Below, piece after piece: positions 11,230 to 24,826 of a DNA stretch of 64,000 bases. Source of the DNA: Saccostrea echinata (lineage: Eukaryota); the NCBI RefSeq assembly GCF_033153115.1, contig NW_026889803.1, positions 1,860,001-1,924,000 of the forward strand. The letters are read 5' to 3'. The number at the start of each line of letters is the position of its first letter. Positions within the stretch are counted from its first letter, which is position 1. The position numbers and the translations under genes are program-made. A model generated the notes under the pieces. The model was not told where the DNA came from. It saw nothing but the letters and a program-made list of their open reading frames with translations, and searched no databases.

Positions 11230-12730
11230 ACACTGCGACATTTAAGTCCGGACACGACATAGTCCGGACTTTTAGGTACCCTTTCGAAAAGACATAATTT
11301 AAAAATTTTCCTGGATTTTGGTGGGATTTTTTATTCTCATCTCATCATGTCAATCTTAACTTCTACAATGTTGTAGTTTTCTTATAAACTTCTCCCAAAA
11401 CTTAAAATCCCATGGGAGAATGGGGGGATTTTTCATCCCACCTGAAATCTTATAACGTAAGCTGCATGTTCTGTGATCTTTATGTCTCTGGCATACCCAA
11501 CTAACTAGACAGTGATTCCTAACATTATTACTTACATTGTGAAATAAAAAGGTAAATATAAATAACAAGAGGCCCAAGGGCCTTAACGGTCACTTGAGTA
11601 TAATGCAACAATGTAGAGGATTCTTAGGGTATAAAATAAACTGATAGATGAAGCTTTGCTGCCAAAAGCAAGAGAAATAGGTTGATCAGGATCAATGAAA
11701 TAATCAGTCTTGTATTTAGTACCAACTCTTAAATTAAGTTCTAATCTGTCCCTCATTTATCACTCTCATCATACAGACTATTAACAAAGTATTAGTGTTT
11801 TTGTATTATTTTAACCCCTTATTATAACCTCTTACATTGGCCTCTCTTGGTCTTTGAAGAACATTTAATGAAATAAGATATTTTTGTCTCATTTTATTTA
11901 TCTATTATTTTAAAGTCTACCTGATCAATAAAACTATTGAAGTACTTTTTGTATTATACAATAAAATTCTTGCACAATTCTTTTATTGATTAATTATCAA
12001 AAGTGAATGGCAAAGGGAATATTTCCTCTCAGTAGAATCCAAATTAATAGAGTAGGACCAGAACACTTGACAAAATGGTAGAGATGTTCAAAAATCTGGT
12101 AAAAATACCGTTGTTACTTATTAAAACCTTGACTCTGTTTGCCTCCAGTATGCCCAGGAGCAGAGATTTTCAAATAAATAATGCATTTTCACTACAGATT
12201 CAAAACAGCCCAACCCTAACACCAGAACCCATAACCGAGTATCATGAAATTTACAAATTTGGAAAAGGTACCCTCATCAAAATAACTATGCACTCAGTTG
12301 AAGATTTTCAAAGAATTAAAACATTTTCACTATATTATCAAGACCATAAACTTGAGAACAGACTCAAGTCAAAGTTTTGATTTTGAATATCTTGAGTTTT
12401 ATTTGGCATATGTGCATAAAAATTTGCAGGTTTGTATTATATTCAAGTTAAAACACATGATGAAATTTTGTTTTATTATCGAAATTATTTCAAAAATTAT
12501 ATTGATTTGAAATTTTGACTTAAGTGAATTGAACATATTTTATTGACAAAGTCAAAAGGATCGGACACAAGTTCAAAAACTTAGATAGTCTTCTCCTAAT
12601 ACAACATTTTGTAAAATTGCCAAAATAAAAAAACATATATACATATGGTCTACTACATATACATTGTAGCAATAGAAAGAAAAAAAAAGTTCTTTAAGTG
12701 TACATGTATAATTTGAATTGGTAAGAAGAA

Positions 12731-14153
12731 TAACAAGATGTGTTTGTGAAACACTGATGCCCCCATATGGCAGCTTATGGCGAAGGTTAAAGTTTCTCAA
12801 ATGCAAGTCAGAATCCAGGCCAAAAGATAAAAAATGTTAAATTTGAAAGCCCTAGCTGCAACTGTTCAAAAGTTATGGCGAAGGTTAAAGTTTTTTAAAA
12901 GTAAGTAAAACATCAAGGTCAAGGTCAAAGTTGTTGGTATCCAAAGGAAGGTCTTGTCACAAGGATTACATATGTAAAGTATGAAAGCCCTAGCACCAAC
13001 CATTCAAAAGTTATGGCCAAGTTTAAAGTTTTTCAAAAGTAGGTCAAACTCCTATGTCAAGGTCAAAGGGTCAAAGTGGTTGGTATCCAAAGGAAGGTCT
13101 TGTCACAAGGATTACATATGTAAAGTATGAAAGCCTTAGCACCAACCATTCAAAAGTTATGGCCAAGTTTAAAGTTTTTCAAAAGTAGGTCAAACTCCTA
13201 TGTCAAGGTCAAAGGGTCAAAGTGGTTGGTATCCAAAGGAAGGTCTTGTCACAAGGATTACATATGTGAAGTATGAAAGCCCTAGCACCAACCATTCAAA
13301 AATTATGGCCAAGGTTTAAGTTTTTCCAAAGTAGGTCAAACTCCTATGTCAAGGTCAAAGGGTCAAAGTAGTTGGTATTCAAAGAAAGGTGATGTCACAA
13401 GAATTACATATGTGAAGTATGAAAGCCCTAGCATCAACCATTCAAAAGTTATGGCCAAGGTTAAAGTTTTTCAAAATAGGTCAAACTCCTAGGTCAAGGT
13501 CAAAAGGTCAAAGTTGTTGGTATCCAAAGGAAGTAGATGTCACAAGGATTACATATGTGAAGTATGAAAGCCCTAGCTCTAACCATTCAAAAGTTATGGC
13601 CAAGGTTAAAGTTTTTCAAAAGTAGGTCAAACTTCTAGGTCAAGGTCAAAGGGTCAAAGAGGTTGATATCCAGAGGAAGGTCTTGTCACAAGGAATACAC
13701 ATGTAAAGTTTGAAACCCCAAGCACTAACTGTTCAAAATTTATGGCCAAGGTAAAGTTTTTCAAAAGTAGGTCAAACTCCATGGTCAAGGTCAAAAGGTC
13801 AAAGTTGTTGGTATCCAAAGGAAGGCCTTGTCACAAAGAATACACATGTGAAGTTTGAAACCCCAAGCACCAACTGTTCAGAAGTTATGGCCAAGGTTAA
13901 AGTCTCATAAAATTTTGCAAAAGTGGGTCAAACTCCAAGGTCAAGGTCAAAAGGTCAAATATGATGGTACCCAAAGAAAGGTCTTGTCACAAGGAATACA
14001 CATGTGAAATATGAAAGTCATAGCTCCAACCAATCAAAAGTTATGGGCAAGGTTAAAGTTGACAACAGACAGACAGACAAACAGATAAACAGACAAACAG
14101 ACAGACAGGACAAAAACAATATACCCCCGGGATCTTTCGATCCGTGGGCATAA
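12731..14153 (-). mobile_element. Non-autonomous Helentron-type element with a central 146-bp tandem array (about 8 units)
   Basis: aacaag terminus, 146-bp period (tagcaccaac at 12991, 13137, 13283), (acag)n microsatellite and a short terminal hairpin. Orientation is assigned relative to the 22.5-kb copy. Confidence 0.85.
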
Positions 14154-15362
14154 CAAAAGTAAGCTTATTTTGAAAAACGACCACATTCATTTAAGAAAGT
14201 TTGAATAGTCTTGAAAAGTTCAGCATTTTGTTCAATAGTAAGAGAATCATCGCCCCATAGCATTAAATGTACATCTATAACATATAAATAATTAAATGAC
14301 AATAGCTTATTCATTAAGGAATTCCTTGCTTTTACATAATATTTACAAGCAAAAAACAAATGATATTCATCTTCTAGTAGTCCACAAGAACAATTAGGAC
14401 TGGTTATTAGGTTACAGCGATATAAGTCAGAATTTAAAATACAATTATGTCTTAATCTTGTATGAATTATGTTCAAAAACCTTTTTCCATATGAAAAATA
14501 TTTCTGAGGTTTTACAATACTGTTGTGCAGATAGTTTTTAAAAATTTTGATAGAAGTTGCCTCCCTTGTTTTAAGACTAAGGGAATTCCACTTTCTAACA
14601 GTATCAGGAATAAATGATTTATTATATAGTTCTAATCTGTATTTTGGCAGAGAATAATTTAAGGAATTCCTGGTAGTGTATCCTGACAATTTGCCTCTTG
14701 TATCAGGTACTAAATTTTGTAAATAATTAGGTACTAAATTATTGTGCATTTTATACATTGTTATTAATTTTGCTCTGTTTCTTCTGTATTCCAATGGTTC
14801 CCAACCTGTTTCCAAATATAATGAATTTCTTGAAGCAATAATTGTAAGCCCAGTAACTATTCTTGCAGCAAATAATTGTATTTTTTCAAGATTCTCAATG
14901 TCTGTTTTTGTGCATCCAGACCAAACTTCAACAGCATATTCAAGTTGTGGTCTAATAAAAGATATATACATCTGGGATAGAATATCTCTTGACACAAGGA
15001 ATTTTAGTTTTTTAAGAAGCCCCAGTTTTTTGTATGCTTTCTTTATAATGATATCAATATGATCAGACCATCCTAAGCTGGACGACAGAAGTTGTTTGTG
15101 TTCTGTAACATATTCCAATTGGCAATTGTCAAAAAATAATTTAGGAAACTGCTGCACATTTTTTGAATTAAAAAATACAGCTTTGGTTTTCTGTGGGTTA
15201 AATTTCAATAACCATTTCTTTGACCATTCATCTAGTATTCTGAGATCATGGTTAAGATTTTGTTCAATATGATTAATATTATCTGAACATTGTTGTAAGG
15301 AATTATCATCAGCATATAATCTACAAACAGATATCATATTTTCAGCCACATCATTTACAAAG
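14151..15362 (-). mobile_element. CR1/L2-clade LINE fragment, RT C-terminal part to the ORF2 stop
   Basis: FVNDV...LYADD, WLLKFNPQKTK, RPQLEYA..VW and C-terminal CSCG..EDEYHLFFAC. Confidence 0.9.
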
Positions 15363-17339
15363 TCTTAAGTCTATTCTCATTTATGGTATTGGGGCCAGAA
15401 CCCTTAACCCTGGGACCACAAACAAGTTTTGATAATAACTATGCACTTTGTTTATCTGCTCAACACTGAGGAGCAGACAGGATTATTTAATAGAATTAAT
15501 GCATTATCACTATATTATCACTAGAGTCCCACCTCACACTAGAAAATCTGATCCAGGGGCCATGAAACTCACAATTCTGCTCATCATAACTATACACTTA
15601 GTTTCTTTGCTTTATAACCAAGAGCAGAAAAGAATATTTTCAAAGAAATTATGCTTTTTCACTAAAAAATCAATAGAGCCCCCGTTCACCAGAACCCCCG
15701 GACCTGGGGCCATGGATTGATTTCATGTATCCTTGAGTTGCGCTGTATTACAAAACTGGCTAATAATATAAAACATTAATTAGAACTATCACAACGATCA
15801 CTTGTATTTGTTGTATTTTAAATGATATTTCTCACCAGGTTATTAGGAAAAATAGGGGCTATGCACCCTGGGTTCAACAAGTTGCATACACCCCGAGGAC
15901 AACATTCATTTTTCGTCAATATCCTTACATACCAACTATTTTATTTCCAGACAATTTATACATACATTCATATAGAAAAACGTGTGTTTAAAAAGACATA
16001 GACAAAGATTTGAAGTTAACATTTTCTGTATTATATCATGACTTATATGTTGCTATAGATATCACACGGAAATATAATATAAAAAAAAAACTTATTTTAT
16101 CTGGAAATGATTGAAACTACGGATTTCGGGACGCGTTTGATTGACACATCCTTGCACTTTCACAAAGTAAACTTTATCCTTAATACTTAAAAAAAGTAGA
16201 AATCTTGTTGTGTATTAATGAAAAAATTAAAGACATAATCCAGAAAATTCACAGTAGAAATGTGAGAAAGCAAAACCAACTCACCAGTATTGTCAGTCCG
16301 TGCTCAATGATGTGTGCAGAGTTTAACAAATTGAACACACCCGGTGAAACGTAAACATTAACAATAACAGGGCTCGTGCCCTGTTTACAAAACAAAATAT
16401 GCTTCCATATGAATATGAATAATCATGGGCTTTTTAAATTTTTTTTTCAAAGATTTTCCGTATATAATATACGTATGTAAAACTTTGATAGCCAATTGTG
16501 GACCCACTTTACCCCTGGGGGTCATGAATTGAACAAACTTAAATGTACAATATGAAACTTTCAAATAAGTATCAACTCTTCTGGTCCAGACAATTTTCTG
16601 ACCAAAACCTTTTCTCCCTACAGTATTGTGAGTAATGATAAATAAATAAATTCAACTTTTTCATGATCATGGTCACTGTTTTACATCTCAAACAGATTCC
16701 TTGATATATATTAAATATCTACCTGCTATTTTGGCATCTTTGATATTCCAGTTGCCGAATTCCTTGATAGACCCACTTATTGCTAGAGCCAAATTATTAT
16801 CCGGGAGCATATAATCACAAGCTATTCCTAACCAAACCATGGCTTCTGATTACGATGTTCAAAGTAAACAAAGCGTGAAGCTATGCTGACTGATTGTGAC
16901 GTTGAATTGCATCACAAGGTATTGTGACGTCACAAAAAGCATACTTTAAAAAATTATACAATGCGCTACATTACTCGTCATAATATGCCTTTCAAAATAA
17001 ATGGTGGCATGTTATATTATCCACATCTACTGAACTCTGATGTTCATTTTTTTTTCAATATAAATACATACATGTATCCGTGAATTTGGTTATGGCCTTA
17101 AACACTGTTTTCGTACATTACATCGTATGAATGTAAAAATCCGTCACCTGGATGTTTTATATTTTATACCAGGATACTGAAATTTTTTTCAGTTTTGTTT
17201 CTTGTACTTTTTCTTTTCAAATGAGTAAACACAAACACGTACACATTTTTTTTACGTTTTAAAATGGCATTTAAAAATGTATTTAAATAAAATAAAAAAA
17301 CAGCAGAAAAAAGCTTATTTGCAATAATAACGCACTCGT

Positions 17340-18754
17340 ATACCTGAAAAAACTGTTACGATAAGACCCAACGACAAACCATGGATGGATTCTTTGTTAA
17401 GAAGAAATATGCGACTACGCAATAGGTTAAGGAAAAAAGCACAAAAGACCAAAAAAGAATCAGATAAAGAAAAATTCCGGAAAATTAGAAACAAAGTAAA
17501 TAATATGAAGAAATATGCAATAGCGAATTATTATGACAATATTGATTCACATCTAAATGACGCAAATAAAAATAATAATAAATTATACTGGAAATTATTA
17601 AAAGATGTCTTTCATGCTAAAACTACATGCGAAATACCCCCTATTCAAGAAATGAATCGTAACGGTGATCCTATATATGCATTTTCCGATAGAGAAAAAA
17701 TTGAATTGCTTAATAATTTTTTTTACATCGATCTCTGATATAAAAGATGAAGAATATGAGTTATCAGCTTTCGAATCCAAAGATGTTAAAAGATTTAGTG
17801 ACTTGTATATACAAGAAAGTGAGATTATTGATATTATCTCTATCCTTCCCCTGAATAAAGCCGTAGGCCCTGATTGTACTAGTCACAAAATGTTAAAATC
17901 TTGTAAAGAAACAATAGCTAAGCCACTTTGTTTATTATTTAATAAATCCCTAAGACTCAAAATTTATCCTGAAAGTTGGAAACTAGCACATGTGCTACCT
18001 TTATTTAAAAAAGATGACCCATCAGTGACTTCAAATTTTAGACCTGTATCTCTTTTGAGTTGTGTGAGTAAAATATTTGAAAGAGTTATTTTAAACATGT
18101 ACATATTTTTTTATACAAATAATTTGTTCTACAAATATCAGGCAGGTTTTTTGCCTGGTCACTCAACTGTGTACCAACTTTTAGAGACTTATCATACCAT
18201 TGTAAAAAGCATTGATGAAGGGAAACATTGTTGTATGGTTTTTTGTGATTTATCTAAAGCTTTTGATAGAGTTTGGCATAGGGGATTGATTTATAAACTG
18301 AAAATGTATGGCATCTCAGGTAATATGTTAGAATGGTTGGAAAGCTACCTTATTGATAGAAAACAAAAGGTTAAATGTGCATAAACTGCTATGGGGAGAT
18401 GAATCATTATCTTTGCATGAAAATGAAAAAATATTTGGTATTGTTCAAAAATTTATTCAGGATACTGGTCGTTTCAATTAACACTTACATGTACTTGTAT
18501 TTACTACCTTTTGAAACTATTTAATTATGGTTATTGATGTCATTATAATCATCATTATATCAATTCATATTCTTTAGCAATAATAACTATTGTCTTTGTT
18601 CTTCTACGTTCATGTATAATATTATAAAATGTAAATCTTTGTAAATGTTCTATGGCTGTAAAGATTTTATGTATGGGAGAGGACTATCTAAGTTTTTAGA
18701 ACTTGTGTCCAATCCCTTTGACACATTGTCAATAAAATATGTTCAAAACAAAAC
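17340..18754 (+). mobile_element. 5'-truncated, internally deleted CR1/L2 LINE with TSD
   Basis: Frameshifted RT N-part (KAVGPD, NFRPVSLLS, DLSKAFDRVWH) joined directly to the 3'UTR/tail. 11-bp TSD aacgcactcgt at 17329-17339 and 18755-18765. Confidence 0.9.
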
Positions 18755-19956
18755 AACGCACTCGTTTACCAATTATCTCCTACGTGTAGTGCATTACAGC
18801 AATTTTTCGCAAAAAACTGAATATTTTTAGCATTATTCAACATGGTATGCCCTATAAAACCTTTGACAGTGACCTTCCTTAAAATTGCTGACAGATGTAA
18901 AAGTGTCGTAAATGTCCAAAGTGCATGAAAAGTGCTTACTGCTTTTACAAAAATAAATGGTAGATATAACGAATTTCGTGTAATTAATGTTTATTTTTTG
19001 ACGCATTCATTAACTGGACTTAAAACTTATTTAATGTCTCGACATTTGCTTGTAGATTTTTAGCATTCGTTTACAGACAGCGCAGTGTTCCGAAATGACG
19101 GACTTAGGGTAGTGACGAAGTAAGAGAGTGCATAAATCGAAACATTATCCTAAAAAAAATCTATGAAATACACTTTCAAAATGGAAGCAAGGATGAACAT
19201 ATACTTTTAAAACGAGTACCGTGAAGACTTATTATTGAATTATTTACATTACGTCCAATGAACCCTACACACTCTACAATATGCCAACTTATTAAATACT
19301 TTTTTTCATTTTTAGTTCTTTATCCCTTTTTCTTAATCTTGTAAAAATGATTTAAGGTCAAGATCTAGTAAAGAAAGGAGCCTTCATATTTCTTTAATGA
19401 TGCTTTATAAGTATAGCTTGGTCAACAAAGGTATATCGGGGCATAAATTGTAGGTATAAACAAGACGAAAATCATAGACTCTAATTTCTAATGAAAAATC
19501 AAGAAAAACAGTTATGAAAATGGGAGTTGTTTTTCATATCAGACAAAGGAAATGTGTGCAGATTGCCTACAGTCTCAGATAATCGTAATTTGTATGTTCT
19601 TAGCCTCTTCTTTAAAATAGCATTAAATTGAATATAGGTACCGGGAATACTTTTCATATGATTTGAAATTGAATCAAATGAAAATACTTTATTTTCTAAA
19701 TACTTACATTTGTCACTTATGTTTTTCTTAGCCAACTATGAAATTGATCTGAATGCCATTTTCTCACGCGTAGAACGCTGATTCTCAAAGTATAGTATCA
19801 ATACACTTTAAATAATGTACCATGTTTTAAGGAATATAACATTTCCAAAAAAAAAAAAAAAAAAAAAAAATTTCTGCTAGTCATAAGAACCATTGTGGGA
19901 TTTTGATTAAAATACAACATTTGTTTGTTGTAACTTGAACGATTGTTTTAGAGGAA

Positions 19957-20415
19957 AACAAGCATTCTGAGAGTATTGCATTAGCAATACTAGTCCCCTA
20001 CCGGCAAGTGTAATCTGGTTCCCGTTAAAAATTGAAAATGCCATAATTCTCTTAAAAATCTTTGAAGCGGAATGAAATGCAAACTTGATCTATAAGTAAT
20101 CAAGGTTAAGTCACATACCAAAAATCAGCTCAAAATCTGCAAGCGTTTAGTAAAAAATCGTGGAAAACCCTTAAAAATTGAAAAGGTCGTAATTCCGTCA
20201 AAAATCAATGAAGCGGAACGAAATGCAAACTTGATCTGTAACTCATCAAGATACACTCACATACCAAAAATCAGCTCAATATCTGCAAGCGTTTAAGAAA
20301 AAAGTGCGGAAAACCAAGTGGGACAGACAGACAGACAGACAGCTAGACAGACAGACGGACGGACAGACTCAGAGGAAACTTATAGTCCCCTCCGGTTTCA
20401 CCGGTAGGGGACTAA
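19957..20415 (-). mobile_element. Short Helentron-type element (2 x about 146-bp core repeat)
   Basis: aacaag end, duplicated core (20025 and 20171), (gaca)n tract and terminal hairpin agtcccc..ccgg..ggggact. Confidence 0.75.
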
Positions 20416-21417
20416 AAAACAACAGTTTCCTATGGATCAAATTGACCTACACTCAAGCAGCAGAAAATGCCTTTAATTAACAGTGGAATAATTTAAACAA
20501 TAGCATTAAAAGATACGATAAAGCTCATAAAAATATTTACGTTACTATGCTTTAAAGTAAAATAAAATTAAATTCGAAAGCTGTTTGAACTGATTTGCCG
20601 GTGAATCTTTATTATTCAAAAACTGAGAAATTTGGTTTTTTTTTCTCTGGAACAAAAGTGCAGAGATGCAATTATGATTTTTTCATTATGCTCAGTAAAT
20701 TTTACGTAGAAAGGGACAATTTAATTTGATTTGTTATTAGACAGAGTGTTTGTAAATGAACTTGCATATCTTTTTGAAAGAATTGGTAAAATAGATCTAA
20801 TATGATTGTGACATTGAACGCCTATAAATGTTAATCATTATTAATTTGACTGTTATAACTCAATGATTGTAGATTTTCAGGATTTGAAAAAATGACGTCA
20901 CAATCGCATTTGTTTATGACGAACGTGGAGTTTCCCTAAAGTGAAGACGGAGCTAGGGTATCAGGCGCTATACATCTAACGATATTAACTGACACCAAGT
21001 ATCTTGTATTTGAATTTGAGATCTAGTTAATCCAATCCTTCTTTTTGCCTGTCGGAGTGTCCATTCATGAATATTTTCCTGCCCACGCCCCTCCCACTCT
21101 CTGTCATTTTCATTACCTTCCACACCACAATCTTAACAAAAAAGCGCAGTTAATGGGCTTACATAACACCACTAAATATGATGTATATCACATCCGTGTA
21201 CATAACGTCCAATGAACCCCAGTTCCCTCCCAGGACCCTCTACAATATGCCAACGTATGAAATAAAATTTTTTCCAGTTTAGTTTTTGGCCCTTTTCTTA
21301 AACTATTAAGATACGGTTTCAAATCCAGTGACTATTTAGTGTTATGAACCGTTTACGTTTGTATATATTATAAAAGGACTATAAATAGATTATATATAAT
21401 ATATTCCCATATATTAC

Positions 21418-21565
21418 CTGCAATGACTGCTTTTTTGACATCCCAGTTTCCAATCGCAGCCAAAGAACCACAAACAGCCAGACACTTGTCGTGTGCATCT
21501 GTCTTATACTGCGTCTCAAAGCTAATACAGATTCCAACGTCACCCTCGACAGACATACTTTGCAT
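21418..21565 (-). CDS. CBM20 N-half exon B (proximal alternative 5' exon)
   Basis: ISFETQY...LAVCGSLAAIGNWDVKKA matches the CBM20 N-half. The phase-1 donor caG|GTAATA at 21417 joins in frame to 9742. Confidence 0.72.
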
Positions 21566-22475
21566 GTTTATTTTACTAATGCATGCCTTAGATTTGCTCG
21601 ACCAACATGTTTTAAATAGTAGGACAAAAACAATACCGCGATTAAACGGCGTGAAACTCAAGGACAAAAGCAAATATAAAGTGACCTTGGTAAGTGTGTG
21701 GTGTTAAGTAGTGCAACTATATAGTCGTGTACTTATTTTACATTTTCAAATAAAAATAAACAACACTATGTAAAACTCTGTTCAGCTGGATTCATGTACC
21801 CACTTACTATTCTCTATTGAGAAGTTGATGTCTCGCTTCAGTACCCCCCCCTCCCAGTTGAGGGGGAGTATTAAAGCGAGCAATCAAGTTATAAATAGAG
21901 AACAACCTCTACACTCTACAGTAGTTCGGAAAAGGGGAGTTTCGCTAAGGCCGCTCAGCGGCCCACTTTTTTTCCATAAAAATAAATTTCAATCTATTTT
22001 TCAAAATTAGTTTAGAATTCAAGATAAATATGATAACTTTTGTTAATTATATTTCAAAAATTAGTATGAGGTGAATTCACACCGTAGCTGACACATACGT
22101 AAATGTACCTTCAGAGTGCTAATATGTCCACAGGCGATGCCCACATACTCCCTATATGGAAAGTGCTAAACGAAAATCTACTTGATCTGGATCACTGGGA
22201 ACCCTGATGCATTGTGGGTAAAAAAGAAATTTCGGCAAGCAGAATTTGGGAAAAAGTAATTCAAAGTAATTAGGAAACGTCTTGAATTAATGGAGTCATT
22301 GTAAATTTTAAATGCACTTGATTATTTTCAAACGATACTCTGTTGTAAGAGTGTTTGCATTTAAATTTTCTCCCCAATTTACCAACGAAACATCATCTAT
22401 TTTCTAGAAATTAGGCTTCTTAAAGAAAATGAGCTATTCTTGTTTTGAGTGAGTGCTTTAGTATGTTTGCCACGG

Positions 22476-23640
22476 TTTTTTATGCTCCCGTAATCGAAGA
22501 TTCGGGGCCATATAGTTTTTGCCCTGTCCGTCCGTCTGTCTGTCTAGCTGTCTGTTTGTCCGCAAAAACTTTAACCTTGCCCGTAACTTTTGATTGGTTG
22601 AAGCTATGGCTTTCATATTTCACATGTGTATTCTTTGTGCAAAGACCTTTCTTTGAATACCATAAAATTTGACCTTGACCTTGGAGTTTGACACACTTTT
22701 GCAATATTTTTTCAGACTTTAAACTTGGCCATAACTTTTGAAACGTTGGTGCTAGGGATTTCAAACTTCACAGGTGTATACCTTGTGACAAGACCTTTCT
22801 TCAGATACCAGCAACTTTGACCCTTTGGCCTTGACCTTGGAGTTTGACCTACTTTTGGAAAAACGTTAACCTTGGCCATAACTTTTAAACCTTTGATGCC
22901 AGGACTTTCATATTTCACATGTGTATACCTTGTGATAAGACCTTTCTTTGGATACCAAAAACTTTGACACTTTGACCTTGGAGTTTGACCTTGTTTTGAA
23001 AAACTTTAACCTTGGCCATAACTTCTGAACGGTGAGTACTAGGGCTTTCATCCTTCACATATGTAATCCTTGTGACAAGGTCTTCCTTTGGATACCAACA
23101 ACTTTGACCCTTTGACCTTGACCTTAGAGTTTGACCTACTTTGCAAAACTTTAACCTTGGCTTTTGAACAGTTGGTGCTAGGGCTTGCTTCCTTCACATA
23201 TGTATTCATTGTGTCAAGACCTTCCTCTGAATACCAACAACTTTGACCCTTTGACCTTGGAGTTTGACCTACTTTTGCAAAACTTTAACTTTGGCCATAA
23301 CTTTTGTCCGGTTGGTGCTAGGGCTTTCATACTTAACATATGTAATCATTGTGACAAGACCTTTGTTTGGATACAAACAACTTTGACCCTTTCACCTTGG
23401 AGTTTGACCTACTTTTGAAAGACTTTAACTTTGAACTTGATGTTTGACTTACTTTTGAAAAACTTTATCCTTTTCCATATCTATTCAATGGTTGCTGCGA
23501 GGGTTTTCATATTTCAAAGGTATATTCCTCGAGACTAGACCTTACTTTGGGTACTAACATATTTGATTTGTATTTGAGTAAGTTTAGCCTTTGATATGAG
23601 TTGCCATACGGGGGCATCAGTGTTTCACAAACATATCTTT
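22476..23640 (+). mobile_element. Helentron-type element, same family as 12731-14153, opposite orientation
   Basis: Reverse-complement 146-bp-type units (tttgaccttgaccttggagtttgacc), gtcc/gtct microsatellite and shared end catcagtgtttcacaaaca. Confidence 0.85.
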
Positions 23641-24672
23641 TTTTTTTTTTTGGTCAAGTTTGATTGCTAACGTTTGATAAAGATTCATATAAAACTGAAC
23701 AATAAATATTTTATTCAAATAATGTCCACGGTCCATTTAAGTGGGGGATTAATCGAAAAATGACCATCAGACGCGTGCAAAACGCGTGCCACCGATGTTT
23801 AGGAGGAGTAAATGACAAAAAATATGGTAAACTTTAAATAGAGCAAAAAGAAATTTCATATTAGTTGAAACAGTTTTATATGTGTAAGAAAACGTATTTT
23901 AATGACATTTTTTGTCTACATGTGCAGACAGAAATTTCGAATGACCCATCAAAAGTATAGCTAGTGATCCAAATCAAGCAGATTTTTGATAAGAACTTTC
24001 CATACAGTGATATTAGTACTAGTACCATGTATACGCTGCTCACATTTAGAGAAACCTTTTAAACTGCGTTTTCTCACCTTTATTCTAATTGACAGAATCG
24101 TTTTCCTCGAACTATAAATGAGTGTTTTAGTACACTCATGTGCTACATGAACTTACACATTTAGGCATTTGAAGCCCCCCCCCCCCCCTCCCCGGACATG
24201 AACTGCCTTTGATCTCTCTATATCTCCATACGATGGACTAAGTATTGTGCGTCGATCAGTTATGACTTAAGGACACACAATCAAAAAATGGATGAATGGA
24301 TTGGTTATTTTGGTATATATTAAATCTCTTAAATATGAAGAAATTGTAGACTTTCCATGATATTCAAATTTCTTTCTTTTTGCCGTCACCCTTGTAAAAT
24401 TTGTACAATTCTTAATCACTTTATAGGACGTCATTGAGAAATTATGAATGAAACATTCATTTTATTTATATAAATATATAATCAGATTTTTGGAAAAAAA
24501 ATATGTATCATCTGTCCTTTAGTCATTAATGTTCAAGAAACACAATGAATCATATTGAGTAAAATAAAATTATTGTGCATTTTTTTTCTGTACAAAGCTG
24601 TAAAAATTCACTTATATGAAAGAATTATTATAGTACATGATGGCTAGCTTTCACTTTATTATAGTCAGTTAC

Positions 24673-24826
24673 CTAACATTAATGCCTGTCGAATATTCCA
24701 TTGGCCCATTTCTACGAGAGATCCGCTGATGGCTATTACGTGTTCTTCATGTTGTATAACGTAATCTGTCTGAAAAGTACTCCAAACTAATTTGTCAGGG
24801 AATTCTATTATGATATCTCTATTCAT
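24673..24826 (-). CDS. CBM20 N-half exon A (distal alternative 5' exon)
   Basis: STFQTDY...IAISGSLVEMGQWNIRQA. The phase-1 donor taG|GTAACT at 24672 joins in frame to 9742. Confidence 0.72.
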
